Below are positions 1 to 10,900 of a stretch of DNA of 64,000 nucleotides, piece by piece; the first letter of the stretch is position 1; each line of letters starts with the position of its first letter. The DNA lies in the NCBI GenBank assembly GCA_905212345.1, contig CAJMEC010000004.1:10326-74325 (forward strand), read 5' to 3'. Both the position numbers and the translations under genes were made by a program. The notes beneath the pieces are model-generated. The model saw only the letters and a program-made list of their open reading frames with translations. It did not search any database and was not told the DNA's origin. The stretch is from an uncultured Sutterella sp. GTDB taxonomy: Bacteria > Pseudomonadota > Gammaproteobacteria > Burkholderiales > Burkholderiaceae_F.

Positions 1-204
1 ACAGAGGTTAATAAAGTTATCTCTGGATCCTTTTCGAGAGTTTTAAATGAAATAAACGGCATACGCACTGTGACTTGGGGCGATTTGCCAGCCTATCCCT
101 GTGGGGGAACGCATGTCAAAACTTTGAACGAAATCGGTCAAGTTGAAATTAAAAAAATTAAGATGAAGAAAGGTCAAATCACGGTTTCGTATACGTTAAC
201 CTAA
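1..204 (+). CDS. 3' end of an AlaX-like (alanyl/threonyl-tRNA synthetase editing-domain) protein; partial, start is outside the window
   Basis: Frame 1 is open from the window edge to TAA at 202-204. The translation ends ...PAYPCGGTHVKTLNEIGQVEIKKIKMKKGQITVSYTLT and contains the CGGTHV zinc-binding motif typical of AlaX/ThrRS second additional domain proteins. Confidence 0.5.
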   Translation, partial: TEVNKVISGSFSRVLNEINGIRTVTWGDLPAYPCGGTHVKTLNEIGQVEIKKIKMKKGQITVSYTLT

Positions 205-362
205 AATATTGCTTAAACGAACCTAATTTGTATCTGTTTGTCTTTGTCTGATTACAAACCTAATCAAAACTGTTACTCTCGTTCGTATCAATAATGTTGT
301 ACAGGGCCGTTTGGGGTTGAAATTTTGATTTTCATCCCCATATACGCCCTGTAATAGTTTCT

Positions 363-2834
363 ATGGTAAAGAAATCGATGACAACTAAATCTAAAAAGAA
401 ACAAGCAGTTTTGCCTGTTCTTCCTCTGCGCGATATGGTGATTTTCCCCGGATGCATCCAACCGGTCTATGCCGGTCGTGCGATGAGTCTGGCTGCCATT
501 CAAGCGATGGGTGAAGGAGATCAGATTGTTATTTTGACTCAGAAAAAGCCCGACGTGAATGAGCCGAAAGCGGAGGATCTGTTTGATGTGGGTGTGGTTG
601 CTCGTGTTTTGCAACGAATCACGCTTCAAGACGGTTCGGTTAAGCTTTTGATTAATGCGTTATATCGCGTGAAGGTACAGTGGCTTGATTTTTCGCAAGC
701 TTACATTAGTGCAATGGTTGAACCGATGGTCACTGTTCGTCCGGAGCAGCCTCTTGAGGAGGAAGCTTGGTTAAAGGCTTTGATGACAGCCTTTACGAAC
801 TTTACGCAAGTCAATACGGCTTTACCCAAAGACCTGATTAATCTTCTCAAGAATAAAAACTCTTTGGAAGAAACGCTTGATGTAGCCAGCCATTATTTGG
901 ATATCTCTGCATCCCAACGCCAGGAGCTTCTTGAAGAGCCCGATCTGATTCATCGTGTTGAAAAGGTTTTGGCTCGCGTGAGCGAACTCATTGACAAAGT
1001 GCAGATTGAAGAGAAAATTCAACGTCAAGTCAAGCGTCAAATGGATCGCAATCAACGAGAGTATTACCTCAACGAACAGATGAAAGCGATTCAGAAGGAG
1101 TTGGGTCGCGGCGAAGACGAAATGGTCGATATTGACCAGTATGCCGAAAAAATTGCTAAAAGCGGCATGAGTGATGAGGCTCGGGAAAAATGCGAAAGCG
1201 AATTAAAGAAACTTCGCATGATGCCTGCCATGTCCGCTGAAGCAACGGTAGTTCGCGGTTATTTGGATACGCTTTTGGCTCTGCCTTGGACCAAAAAGAG
1301 TCGTGTCAGCAAGAACATCAAAGAGGCAAGTGATATTCTCGAGGCTGATCACTATGGCTTAGAGAAGGTCAAGGAGCGCATTCTTGAGTATCTTGCTGTT
1401 CAATCTCGAGTTGACAAGGTTAAAGCACCTATTCTTTGTTTAGTCGGTGCCCCCGGTGTCGGTAAAACCAGTTTGGGTCAGTCCATCGCTAGGGCAACAA
1501 ACCGTAAATTCGTCCGTATGGCTTTGGGCGGTGTTCGTGATGAAGCAGAAATTCGCGGACATAGACGCACTTATATCGGGTCTATGCCTGGGAAAATTAT
1601 TCAAAGCATTACAAAAGCAGGTGTTCGTAATCCGCTCTTTTTGCTCGATGAAGTAGACAAAATGGGAATGGATAGCCGTGGCGATCCCGCCAGTGCCCTG
1701 TTGGAGGTTTTGGATCCTGAACAAAACAATACTTTCCAGGATCACTACGTCGAGGTTGACTACGATCTCTCCGATGTAATGTTTGTCGCGACGAGCAACT
1801 CGCTCAATATTCCGCAAGCCTTGCTGGACCGCATGGAAGTGATTTACCTGTCCGGGTACACGGAGGATGAGAAACTTAATATTGCCAAACGTCATCTGAT
1901 ACCGAAACAGATGAAATTAAACGGTCTGAAAGATAAAGAACTTCAGATTGAAGATGAGGCGATTTTAGATATTATCCGTTACTACACCCGTGAAGCGGGG
2001 GTACGTGGTCTGGAGCGTGAAATCAGCAAGATCTGTCGTAAGACGGTTAAAAATGCCTTGATTGCTCAGGCCGCTGCGCCCAAAAAACGGGGAGCGAAGA
2101 AGAAAACAATTGATACTGTGGTCGTCAATTCTTCAAATATCGGAGATTATTTGGGGGTTAAACGGTTCAGTATCGGTTTGGCACAGAAGGAGCCGCAAAT
2201 TGGTCAAGTTAACGGATTGGCTTGGACTGAAGTCGGAGGAGATCTGCTTCAAATTGAAGCGGCCGTGTTCCCCGGCAAGGGACAGGTTCAACGCACTGGC
2301 AGCCTCGGCGACGTGATGAAAGAATCGGTTGAAGCCGCGCGCAGTGTGGTGCGCGCCCGTGCAGATAGTCTTGGACTTGATCCGGATATTTTCGGTAAGA
2401 CCGATTGGCACTTACACTTCCCGGAAGGAGCGACACCGAAGGATGGGCCGAGTGCCGGCGGAGCGATTGCTACCGCTATGGTTTCGGCTTTGACGAAGAT
2501 CCCTGTCCGTCCTGACGTGGCAATGACCGGTGAAATCACACTTCATGGTGAGATTTTGGAAATCGGCGGCTTGAAAGAAAAGCTTTTGGCAGCGCTCAGA
2601 GCCGGTGTAAAGACCGTTTTGATTCCTAAAGACAATGTGAAGGATCTTCAAGAGATCCCGGACAATGTCAAGAACGGTTTGGAAATTATTCCAGTGAAAT
2701 GGATTGATGAGATTTTACCGATTGCCTTGGTGAAAAATCCGATGAAACGTTTCGATGAATTAACGAGAGAAGTGAAAACAGATGTCATTAAACATTCTGT
2801 TTTAGGAAGCCAAACGGGATCCGCCGCTTCATAA
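363..2834 (+). CDS. lon: ATP-dependent Lon protease
   Basis: 823 aa, collinear with E. coli Lon by inspection. N-terminal LPLRD...FPG, Walker A GAPGVGKTS, serine-protease domain PKDGPSAGGA with catalytic Ser, and a C-terminal IPVKWIDEIL-type tail. Confidence 0.95.
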   Translation: MVKKSMTTKSKKKQAVLPVLPLRDMVIFPGCIQPVYAGRAMSLAAIQAMGEGDQIVILTQKKPDVNEPKAEDLFDVGVVARVLQRITLQDGSVKLLINALYRVKVQWLDFSQAYISAMVEPMVTVRPEQPLEEEAWLKALMTAFTNFTQVNTALPKDLINLLKNKNSLEETLDVASHYLDISASQRQELLEEPDLIHRVEKVLARVSELIDKVQIEEKIQRQVKRQMDRNQREYYLNEQMKAIQKELGRGEDEMVDIDQYAEKIAKSGMSDEAREKCESELKKLRMMPAMSAEATVVRGYLDTLLALPWTKKSRVSKNIKEASDILEADHYGLEKVKERILEYLAVQSRVDKVKAPILCLVGAPGVGKTSLGQSIARATNRKFVRMALGGVRDEAEIRGHRRTYIGSMPGKIIQSITKAGVRNPLFLLDEVDKMGMDSRGDPASALLEVLDPEQNNTFQDHYVEVDYDLSDVMFVATSNSLNIPQALLDRMEVIYLSGYTEDEKLNIAKRHLIPKQMKLNGLKDKELQIEDEAILDIIRYYTREAGVRGLEREISKICRKTVKNALIAQAAAPKKRGAKKKTIDTVVVNSSNIGDYLGVKRFSIGLAQKEPQIGQVNGLAWTEVGGDLLQIEAAVFPGKGQVQRTGSLGDVMKESVEAARSVVRARADSLGLDPDIFGKTDWHLHFPEGATPKDGPSAGGAIATAMVSALTKIPVRPDVAMTGEITLHGEILEIGGLKEKLLAALRAGVKTVLIPKDNVKDLQEIPDNVKNGLEIIPVKWIDEILPIALVKNPMKRFDELTREVKTDVIKHSVLGSQTGSAAS

Positions 2835-2864
2835 AAGTTCTGGTATCTTGTTTGGGTGATACGC

Positions 2865-2902
2865 AAAAGGAGTTCAAATTGGGCTCCTTTTGTGATTTTT
2901 GG
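2865..2902 (+). terminator. Putative intrinsic terminator after lon
   Basis: aaaaggag...ctcctttt hairpin followed by gtgatttttgg. The loop is long, so this is only moderate. Confidence 0.4.
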
Positions 2903-2934
2903 TCTGTGTATGCGAAAAAAGTTTGTTTTCCCCC

Positions 2935-2963
2935 TTGAATTCAGGACTTTTGTAGTGTAATAT
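2935..2963 (+). promoter_or_regulatory. Putative sigma70 promoter for the tRNA-Val/tRNA-Asp pair
   Basis: -35 TTGAAT (2935-2940), 17-bp spacer, -10 TAATAT (2958-2963), about 23 nt upstream of the mature tRNA 5' end. Confidence 0.4.
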
Positions 2964-2986
2964 GCGGACTTCTGTTTGAGAGTTGT

Positions 2987-3062
2987 GGGTGCTTAGCTCA
3001 GCTGGTAGAGCGGCGCCCTTACAAGGCGTAGGTCAGGAGTTCGAACCTCTTAGCACCCACCA
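2987..3062 (+). tRNA. tRNA-Val (anticodon TAC)
   Basis: GGGTGCTTAGCTCAGCTGGTAGAGCGGCGCCCTTACAAGGCGTAGGTCAGGAGTTCGAACCTCTTAGCACCCACCA. Cloverleaf with 7-bp acceptor stem, GTTCGAA T-loop, anticodon loop CTTACAA and encoded CCA. Very close to E. coli tRNA-Val(UAC). Confidence 0.9.
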
Positions 3063-3087
3063 CAACGTCAAACGATTGTAGGTCGAC

Positions 3088-3164
3088 GGAGTGGTAGTTC
3101 AGTTGGTTAGAATATCGGCCTGTCACGCCGAGGGTCGCGGGTTCGAGTCCCGTCCACTCCGCCA
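3088..3164 (+). tRNA. tRNA-Asp (anticodon GTC)
   Basis: GGAGTGGTAGTTCAGTTGGTTAGAATATCGGCCTGTCACGCCGAGGGTCGCGGGTTCGAGTCCCGTCCACTCCGCCA. Near-identical architecture to E. coli tRNA-Asp. Anticodon loop CTGTCAC, encoded CCA. Confidence 0.9.
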
Positions 3165-3316
3165 GTCATCTTTTTCTTTCCTTCTACTTATTTCCTACAG
3201 TTTTTCGTAAACTTTTGTTCTTTCTTCAAGCGGTTACGCCTTGTAATTGCTAGAATTAACGCATTTTGCGATTCTGTGATCGCATTTCGATTTTTATTTC
3301 ATTTAGGGATTGAGAA

Positions 3317-5221
3317 ATGCTTCAGGCTTTTCGTACACACAAGCGATGGATGATGTTTATCGCTATGATTTTCATTATTCCTTCGTTCGTTGTCACGGGT
3401 ATTTATAGTTATAACCGTATGTCAGATTCTGAAAACGATTTAGCGACCGTCGGTGATACTTCTATCACAATGATGGATTTTGATAACGCTAAACGTCAGT
3501 ATTTGGATAATTTCCGTCGCCAAATGGGGCAAAGTTTTAAGCCCAATATGCTTGATACGGCTGAGGCACGTGCCTCTATCTTGGCTGCTTTAATTAGTGA
3601 TCGAGCGATCTCTCTTGAAATTGCCAGTGAATATATGAATGTAGGCGAAGCCGACGCCATTAATTTGGTTAAACAGGCTCCCGCCTTCCAGCGCGACGGT
3701 AAATTCTCCACCGAAGCCTACCAGCAATTCTTAAACAGCATGGGTAAGTCGGATGAGCAGTTCGTGCTTGAGCTTCGTCGCGACCTCACCCGTCAAATGC
3801 TCTTGTCTGCCGTTTCCCAGACAACTCAGGCAAGCAACACGGTTGCTCAACGCATTCATGATCTTTTGACTGAAGAACGAACCATTCGTACTTTTGAAAT
3901 TAAACCGTCAGCATTTTTAAAGACTGTTTCTGTCACCGATGCTGAAGCGCAGAGCTACTATGATCAGAATAAGTCACTCTTTGCTGTTCCTGAAAGTGTG
4001 GATATTGAATACGTTGTCTTGTCGCCGGAGAGCTATAAAAACATTCAAGCTAGTGAAGACGACATCAAAACGTTCTATGAACAAAATCTTCAACGCTTCT
4101 CGACCCCTGAAGAGCGCCGAGCCAGCCATATCTTAATCGCTGTTAATGGTGAAAAAAGTGACGCTGACGCCAAAAAAGAAGCTGATGAAATTTACAAGCA
4201 ATTGCAAGCGGATCCTTCCAAGTTCGCTCAGCTTGCCAAGTCCAAGTCGGCTGATCCCGGCAGTGCTCGCCAAGGCGGAGATTTAGGCTTTTTCCAAAAA
4301 GGCATGATGGTCCCCGAATTTGATAATGCTGTCTTTAGCGGAAAGAAGGGGGATTTGGTTGCTCCTGTTAAGACCCAATTTGGCTATCACATCATCAAGA
4401 TTGTTGATGTAAAGCCCGCTCAAGCGAAGCCTTTGAAAGAAGTTTGCGCTGAAATTGAAGCACTCTATCAGCAACAGGCTGCCATTCGCGCCTTTGCGGA
4501 AGACGCTGAAAATTTCTCCAATATGGTTTATGAACAAAGTGAATCGCTTCAACCAGTCGCAGAGCGTTTTGGTTTAAAGATTCAAACGGTTAAAAACGTT
4601 ACTCGAGATTTTGAAGACCAACTCATCAATCCGAATGTCATCGAAGCCCTTTACGGTTTTGACGTGTTGGAAGATAAACGCAATTCAAATGCTATTGAAG
4701 TGGCTTCCAATACCTTGTTGTCTGCACGCGTGACGGCGCATCACAAGCCGACTGTGAAGACTTTCGATGAAGTGAAGGGTGACATTGTTACCACTTTGAA
4801 GAATCATAAAGCGACGCAAGCCGCTCGTGCACAAGGATCGGCTGATATCGCTAAGCTTTTGGATAAAAAGCCCGCCAGCGCTAAGTTTGGCGACAAGACG
4901 GTTATCTCTCGTGAGCGTCCGGGTGCCTTCGCTTATGAAGTAGTGACCGCGGCTTTGCGTCCTCAAGCTGATAAGCTTCCGACCTATACCGGTGTTCAAA
5001 CACAAGACGGTTCTTACTTCGTCATTGAAGTCCAAAGCTCTAAGAAGATTGAGGCTTCTCCTGAACAGTTGGCAATGCGTAAGGCTGAATTGGCTCAACT
5101 TTACAGCAACCCTGAGCAGGCTGCCTTCATTAGTGGCTTAGAAACCAAGTTTGGTACTCAAATTCTTAAGGATGAATATAAGCCCGGTTATCAACCTACG
5201 GAAGACGACGTCACTCCGTAA
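3317..5221 (+). CDS. ppiD: Periplasmic chaperone / peptidyl-prolyl isomerase PpiD
   Basis: 634 aa. N-terminal membrane anchor (MMFIAMIFIIPSFVVTGIY), SurA-like N-domain, and a parvulin rotamase segment (ASHILI...GGDLGFFQKGMMVPEFDNAVF...GYHIIK). Sits downstream of lon as in enterobacteria. Confidence 0.8.
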   Translation: MLQAFRTHKRWMMFIAMIFIIPSFVVTGIYSYNRMSDSENDLATVGDTSITMMDFDNAKRQYLDNFRRQMGQSFKPNMLDTAEARASILAALISDRAISLEIASEYMNVGEADAINLVKQAPAFQRDGKFSTEAYQQFLNSMGKSDEQFVLELRRDLTRQMLLSAVSQTTQASNTVAQRIHDLLTEERTIRTFEIKPSAFLKTVSVTDAEAQSYYDQNKSLFAVPESVDIEYVVLSPESYKNIQASEDDIKTFYEQNLQRFSTPEERRASHILIAVNGEKSDADAKKEADEIYKQLQADPSKFAQLAKSKSADPGSARQGGDLGFFQKGMMVPEFDNAVFSGKKGDLVAPVKTQFGYHIIKIVDVKPAQAKPLKEVCAEIEALYQQQAAIRAFAEDAENFSNMVYEQSESLQPVAERFGLKIQTVKNVTRDFEDQLINPNVIEALYGFDVLEDKRNSNAIEVASNTLLSARVTAHHKPTVKTFDEVKGDIVTTLKNHKATQAARAQGSADIAKLLDKKPASAKFGDKTVISRERPGAFAYEVVTAALRPQADKLPTYTGVQTQDGSYFVIEVQSSKKIEASPEQLAMRKAELAQLYSNPEQAAFISGLETKFGTQILKDEYKPGYQPTEDDVTP

Positions 5222-5316
5222 TCTTTAATTGGTAGTCTGCCTTAAACGGCAGGCTACCAAATACATCGAATTGACTTCTGAAAACACTGTTTTTGAAGTT
5301 TATCTGAATTGACATC

Positions 5317-5352
5317 AACTCTCGTCTTGACATGCGAGAGTTATTTTTTTAT
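5317..5352 (+). terminator. Intrinsic terminator after ppiD
   Basis: aactctcg-tcttgacatg-cgagagtt hairpin followed by ATTTTTTTATTT. Confidence 0.55.
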
Positions 5353-5427
5353 TTAAGCTTCTCAGAGAGTGTTTTTTACGGTTGATGTATTACACACCGT
5401 TGCCACAACACTTTTCGTTCTCGCCAA

Positions 5428-5970
5428 TCATTCAAAAAAAACTTTGGGGTAAACAACGTTACCTTTAATATCATCCAGACGATTGGGACGTAACGGCAGG
5501 GCTAGACAACAGTTCAGATGATCGGGAAAAGGCATCATAATGCCAAAATCTGAGGCTGGTTTATAACCAAAGCGACTGTAATAGCCTGGGTGTCCTAAAA
5601 CGACGACGCCTTTGTAATTCAAACGAGTTGCCTCTCGGTGAGCAGCCAGAACAAGAGCGCTACCAACACCTTGGTTTTGCCATGATGGTAAAACAGATAG
5701 CGGTGCCAGAGCTAAGAGTGTGTCTGTTCGCTCTTTCGAAACGATTTCTACCTCCGATAAAAGAACGTGACCGACAATGTTGCCATTTACGGATTCAGCG
5801 ACTAAAGAAAGTTCAGGGATAAATTGTGGAAGATTCCTTAATTTATTCACTAATTGATGTTCATTCTGTGAGCTTTCTTTAACATTAGCAAACGCTTCTT
5901 GGATGACTTGCTGTGTGTTGAAAATGTCTGATAACGTTTCTTGTCGTATAAAAAATGTTTCGTTATTCAA
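5428..5970 (-). CDS. GNAT family N-acetyltransferase
   Basis: 180 aa. Acetyl-CoA binding motif region ...NIVGHVLLSEVEI...QNQGVGSALV. Confidence 0.7.
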   Translation of the reverse strand: MNNETFFIRQETLSDIFNTQQVIQEAFANVKESSQNEHQLVNKLRNLPQFIPELSLVAESVNGNIVGHVLLSEVEIVSKERTDTLLALAPLSVLPSWQNQGVGSALVLAAHREATRLNYKGVVVLGHPGYYSRFGYKPASDFGIMMPFPDHLNCCLALPLRPNRLDDIKGNVVYPKVFFE

Positions 5971-6097
5971 TGAGTTATCCTTTGAAAAGAAAATAAATCG
6001 AATTTTTTTGAAAAGCGTTTTAAGTCAATAAAAGCGCTCCAATGTAAAGCGGTTCCCAATTTTGAACTAAAAATTGGGAACCGCTGTTATTTACGTG

Positions 6098-7663
6098 TTA
6101 TTGATAGGATTCTTCTGAACCCATTGTCCGTGCAATAGCTTCACCCGGACCATCTTCATCCAAGATGAACTCGCTTTCGTCATAGGGGTCAACCAAATCA
6201 TCAGGATTGCCGCCCCAGCGCAGAATTTCAAGAGCTCGCGCGGCGCGATCACAAATATCCATGGCGACAATACCGGTATTTCTGGCTCGAACAGATTCTC
6301 CATGTAACCAAACGGCGCCTAAAGTGGCACTGACTAAGTCAAACTTCTGAGCAAAGAAAGAACCGATCATGCCGGCCAATACATCACCGGAACCGGCCGT
6401 GGCAAGACAAGCGTTGCCGGTCGGGTTGATCCAGGAGCGGGAACTTCTGAGTGTTACCACTGTACCGGTTCCCTTCAGAACGGTAATGGCTCCGGTTTGT
6501 AACGATAATTCACGGGCGCTTGTCACGCGATCGGCTTGAATGCTCTTAACGTCACGATGCAGCATTCGAGCCGCTTCACCCGGGTGAGGTGTAATGACAG
6601 TGTGAGCCTTGCGAGCAAGTACTTCGTCCTCAAGCGACTGATCTTGAGAGATCATCGTAAGAGCATCGGCGTCAATGATCAACGGAACATTGGAGCGAAC
6701 AGCGGCGATCAAACGATCCTTAGCTTTTTGACTGAATCCCATTCCACAGCCGATAACGATTGCATCGGCATTTGAAAAATCGACGGGTTCATCGGTGATC
6801 ATTAATTCCGGTTGCATCGGATCATAAAGCGGTGCGTTCGGTGCCATTAATTCGACAGTTACACTGCCTGCGCCAAGCTTTAAGGCCGATCGAGCGGCTA
6901 AAAGCGCAGCGCCGACTTTGCCCTTGTCACCGCCGATTACCACACAGTGACCGTACATCCCCTTGTGAGAGTGATATTTACGTAACTCCAGAATGTGTTT
7001 GAAGTCGTCCGTGTCAATCAGACTTAAAGAAGAAAGGGGAACGGATACGTCCAATTCGGACAAAGTGACCATGCCGCTTGCATCTTTGCCATCATTCATA
7101 AAGCAGCCCGCTTTGGCACTGATCAGATTAAGGGTCATATCGGCTACACACCCTTTGATGCCTCCGACCCAATTTCCTTTTTCGGCATCAATTCCTGTCG
7201 GAACGTCAATGGCCATATGAAGCGCTTGTCTTTCATTAAACCAAAGCGCAGCATCGATATAGTCACCTGAAATTGCTTTGGTGATGCCGACACCCAGCAT
7301 GGCGTCGACTACGACGTCAGCCTTTGGAGCCATATAAGGATCATCAATGACTTCTCCGCCTTTTTCTACCCAATGGTTATAGGCGCGTAAGGCATCTTGA
7401 GTTTTCGGTTTCTTGCCGCCGACAGCGACGCAAACGACATGATGGCCGCGGCTTTTTAAATGCACTGCTGCTGTGTAGCCGTCACCGCCGTTATTGCCTT
7501 GACCGCAAAGAATAACAATGGTGCTTGCCGCATCACATTGATCATCAATCCAGTTGGCCGACACAAATCCGGCGCGATCCATCAATGTGCCTTCAGGCAG
7601 CACATGACTTAAACGGGTTTCCAATTCACCCAATTCTTCCAAATTTAAAAGCGTGGTCGACAT
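6098..7663 (-). CDS. nnr: Bifunctional NAD(P)H-hydrate repair enzyme (epimerase + ADP-dependent dehydratase, YjeF family)
   Basis: 521 aa. N-terminal YjeF-N (MDRAGF...ILCGQGNNGGDGY) and C-terminal carbohydrate-kinase-like domain (GKVGAALLAARSALKLGAG...ATAGSGDVLAG). RBS AAGGAG lies 10 nt upstream of the ATG. Confidence 0.8.
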   Translation of the reverse strand: MSTTLLNLEELGELETRLSHVLPEGTLMDRAGFVSANWIDDQCDAASTIVILCGQGNNGGDGYTAAVHLKSRGHHVVCVAVGGKKPKTQDALRAYNHWVEKGGEVIDDPYMAPKADVVVDAMLGVGITKAISGDYIDAALWFNERQALHMAIDVPTGIDAEKGNWVGGIKGCVADMTLNLISAKAGCFMNDGKDASGMVTLSELDVSVPLSSLSLIDTDDFKHILELRKYHSHKGMYGHCVVIGGDKGKVGAALLAARSALKLGAGSVTVELMAPNAPLYDPMQPELMITDEPVDFSNADAIVIGCGMGFSQKAKDRLIAAVRSNVPLIIDADALTMISQDQSLEDEVLARKAHTVITPHPGEAARMLHRDVKSIQADRVTSARELSLQTGAITVLKGTGTVVTLRSSRSWINPTGNACLATAGSGDVLAGMIGSFFAQKFDLVSATLGAVWLHGESVRARNTGIVAMDICDRAARALEILRWGGNPDDLVDPYDESEFILDEDGPGEAIARTMGSEESYQ

Positions 7664-7907
7664 TGTCTGAGCCGCTCCTTATTTTCCACCAAATAAACGC
7701 TGACATTTTAATCAATAGAGGGGAAAATTTTCGAAGGTCAACTGTGTTGTTTAAAAGCAATTTAACAATTAGCTTTCAGTAAAGTTAAAAAAGTCCAGTG
7801 AAATGCTCGGTATGACTTAATTTAATTGCCTTGATTCTTATAATGATTCGATTAAGTATTTTTTCCTTTTCTTCATTAAGAAGACTTTTCAGGGGATTTT
7901 ATTTGCC

Positions 7908-10900
7908 ATGTCTAACACCGCATCGATGTTTACTTTGATGGCCAGCAGTGCGCTGTCTGAATTTCGTGCCGCACGACTTCTGAAACGCATTCGTGAAGTC
8001 GCTCCGGCTGCTCAAGGTGTGTCAGCCCGTTTTGTGCACTTTGTGCATGCCCAAAAAGCATTAACAGAAGATGAAAGCGCCCGTTTACAGGCGCTTTTGC
8101 ATTATGGGTTTGATAGCGAGGATGTCAAAGCGGATGCGACCTTCATGGTTATCCCACGCTTGGGTACGATCAGTCCCTGGGCCAGTAAAGCGACAGATAT
8201 CGCTCACAACTGCGGTTTGGACGTCATTGTGCGAATTGAACGAGGTACGCTCTATAACATTGACTTCAACGGTCAAATTCCAAATGAGTCCGTATTGACT
8301 CAAGTCGCCGGTGTCTTACACGACCGCATGACCGAAAGTGTGGTTCAGGCCGATTTTGACGCTTCCAAGCTCTTTTTGGAATTACCCGGTAAACCGATGG
8401 TTACGGTTGACCTGTTAAAAGAAGGCAGACAGGCCTTAGCCGATGCGAACCTTTCCATGGGTTTGGCGATGAGCGAGGATGAAATTGATTATCTGACTGA
8501 AGCTTTTACGAAAGCAAAGCGCAATCCCACGGATGTGGAATTGATGATGTTTGCTCAGGCTAATTCAGAACACTGCCGCCATAAGATCTTCAATGCGAAG
8601 TGGACGATCGACGGAAAGGATCAAGACACCACTTTGTTTGGCATGATTCGTGAAACCCACAAGGCACATCCCCAAGGAACCATTGTGGCGTATTCTGATA
8701 ACGCCGCAATTTTTGAAGGCACCAAAGTGCCGCGTCTTTATCCGAGAACACCTGAAGGTGAAGCTTTCGGTCGTGTTTTTACGGAAGAAGAGGAACTTAC
8801 CCATACAGTCTTTAAGGTTGAAACCCATAACCACCCAACAGCTATTTCTCCGTTCCCGGGTGCCTCTACCGGTTCCGGCGGTGAAATCCGCGATGAAGGT
8901 GCAACCGGACGCGGCGCCCGCCCCAAAGCCGGCCTTTGTGGATTTACCGTTTCTTCTTTGCAGTTGCCAGAAGCTCCGCAAGATTGGGAAAACGACAAGG
9001 ATGTGACCAATGCCGCTGATCATACGGACAAAAAATACGGCAAACCGGGTCGTATCGCCAGTCCTTTGTCGATTATGATCGATGGGCCGTTGGGTGGTGC
9101 AGCTTTTAATAACGAATTCGGTCGCCCGAATGTTTTGGGTTACTTCCGTGTTTTTGAAAATAACACGGGCGGAACACGCTACGGTTACCACAAGCCCATT
9201 ATGTTGGCCGGCGGTATTGGCAACATCCGTAATGACCAAACACATAAGACCGGTTTGCCTCCGGGAACGCTTTTGATCAGTCTTGGCGGCCCCGGCATGC
9301 GAATTGGTTTGGGCGGTGGCGCCGCTAGTTCCATGACCACAGGTTCGAACTCGGAAGCCTTGGATTTCGATAGCGTTCAGCGCGGCAACCCTGAAATGGA
9401 ACGTCGTGCTCAAGAAGTCATTGATCGTTGTTGGGCGAGCGGTGATAAGAACCCGATTTTGGCCATCCACGATGTCGGCGCAGGCGGCCTTTCCAATGCC
9501 ATGCCTGAATTAGCAGATTTGTCCGGTCACGGCGCCAAACTTGACTTGACCAAAGTGCCGGTCGAGGAAAGCGGTATGAGCCCGCTTGAAATTTGGTGTA
9601 ACGAAAGTCAGGAACGCTATTCCATTGCGATTGCTCCTGAATCGCTTGAAGTCTTTGATCAGATTTGTAAGCGTGAACGTTGCCCGTATGCGGTATTGGG
9701 TGCCATCAGTGAAGACAATACCCTGGTTGTCGTCCGTGGGGAAAAACAGAGCCCGGCAGTCGATATGCCTATGGAAGTGCTTTTAGGCAAGGCTCCCCGG
9801 ATGCATCGCACGGTTGAGCACGTTGAACAGCATTTGCCTGAGTTTGAAGCTAAAGGCATTGATTTGGCAAACGCCGTAAAAGACGTTTTACGTCATCCGA
9901 CAGTTGGCAGCAAGAATTTCCTGATCACCATTGGTGACCGCACGGTTGGCGGTCTTGTCCACCGTGACCAAATGGTCGGACCTTGGCAAGTTCCGGTAGC
10001 TGATGCGGCCGTCACGAACATCAGTTTTGTCGGTCATCGTGGCGAAGCGATGAGTATGGGTGAAAGAACTCCGTTGGCGATTGCCGATGCCGCGGCAGCC
10101 AGCCGTATGGCTATCGGTGAAGCGGTCACCAACATTACCAGTGCTGACATTGAATTGGGATTGGTGAAGCTTTCGGCTAACTGGATGGCAGCCTGTGGCA
10201 CAAAGGGCGAAGATGCCAAGCTCTTTGATGCTGTTCGTGCAGCCAGTGTCGTTTGCCAAGAAATGGGATTGGCTATTCCTGTGGGCAAAGACAGCCTTTC
10301 CATGAAGACGACATGGGACGATGATGGTGAGAAGAAGACGGTTACTTCACCGGTTTCTTTAATTGTCTCAGCGGCTGCGCCTGTTCGTGATGTTCGCTTG
10401 AGTTTGACGCCACAGCTTCGTACCGATATTGGCTCTGTTTTAGTGGCCATTGATTTGGGCGGCGGCAAGAATCGCATGGCCGGTTCCATTTTGTCTCAAG
10501 TAACACAACAATTCGGTTCGCAGACACCTGATTTAGATGATCCGAAGAAGCTGCAGGCCTTTGTGAAATTGGTTCGTAAGTTAACGCTGGCCGGTTGCGT
10601 GTTGGCTTATCACGACCGTGCAGACGGAGGTTTGCTTGCTACGGTTGCTGAGATGATGTTTGCCGGTCATACAGGGGTTCGCCTTGATCTGACTTCAATG
10701 ACGAAGACTCATGGGGTTGAAGACGTGATCCCGGCGCTCTTTAATGAAGAATTGGGCGCGGTGCTTCAGATTCGCGCTGATCGTATCGAAGAAGTTCATG
10801 CAGCGGTTAAAGAAGCGGGTTTGGCTGACTGCACTCATTTCGTCGGTGAAGTGACGCAAGACGATGCCTTGCAAATTCATGCACACGGACAAAAACTTTA

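Noticed and set aside
288-629. 113-aa minus-strand ORF overlapping the lon start
   Set aside because: Antisense to the Lon N-terminus and promoter region, with no RBS or homology. The same reasoning applies to the many other antisense ORFs in the track (for example 8565-9470, 10034-10489, 28104-28763, 28935-29516, 48812-49201, 58478-58987, 59720-60406), all of which lie inside strongly supported genes.
7664-7907. PurR box upstream of purL
   Set aside because: No match to ACGCAAACGTTTGCGT-like consensus was found by eye. The nearest candidate is AAACGCTGAC.
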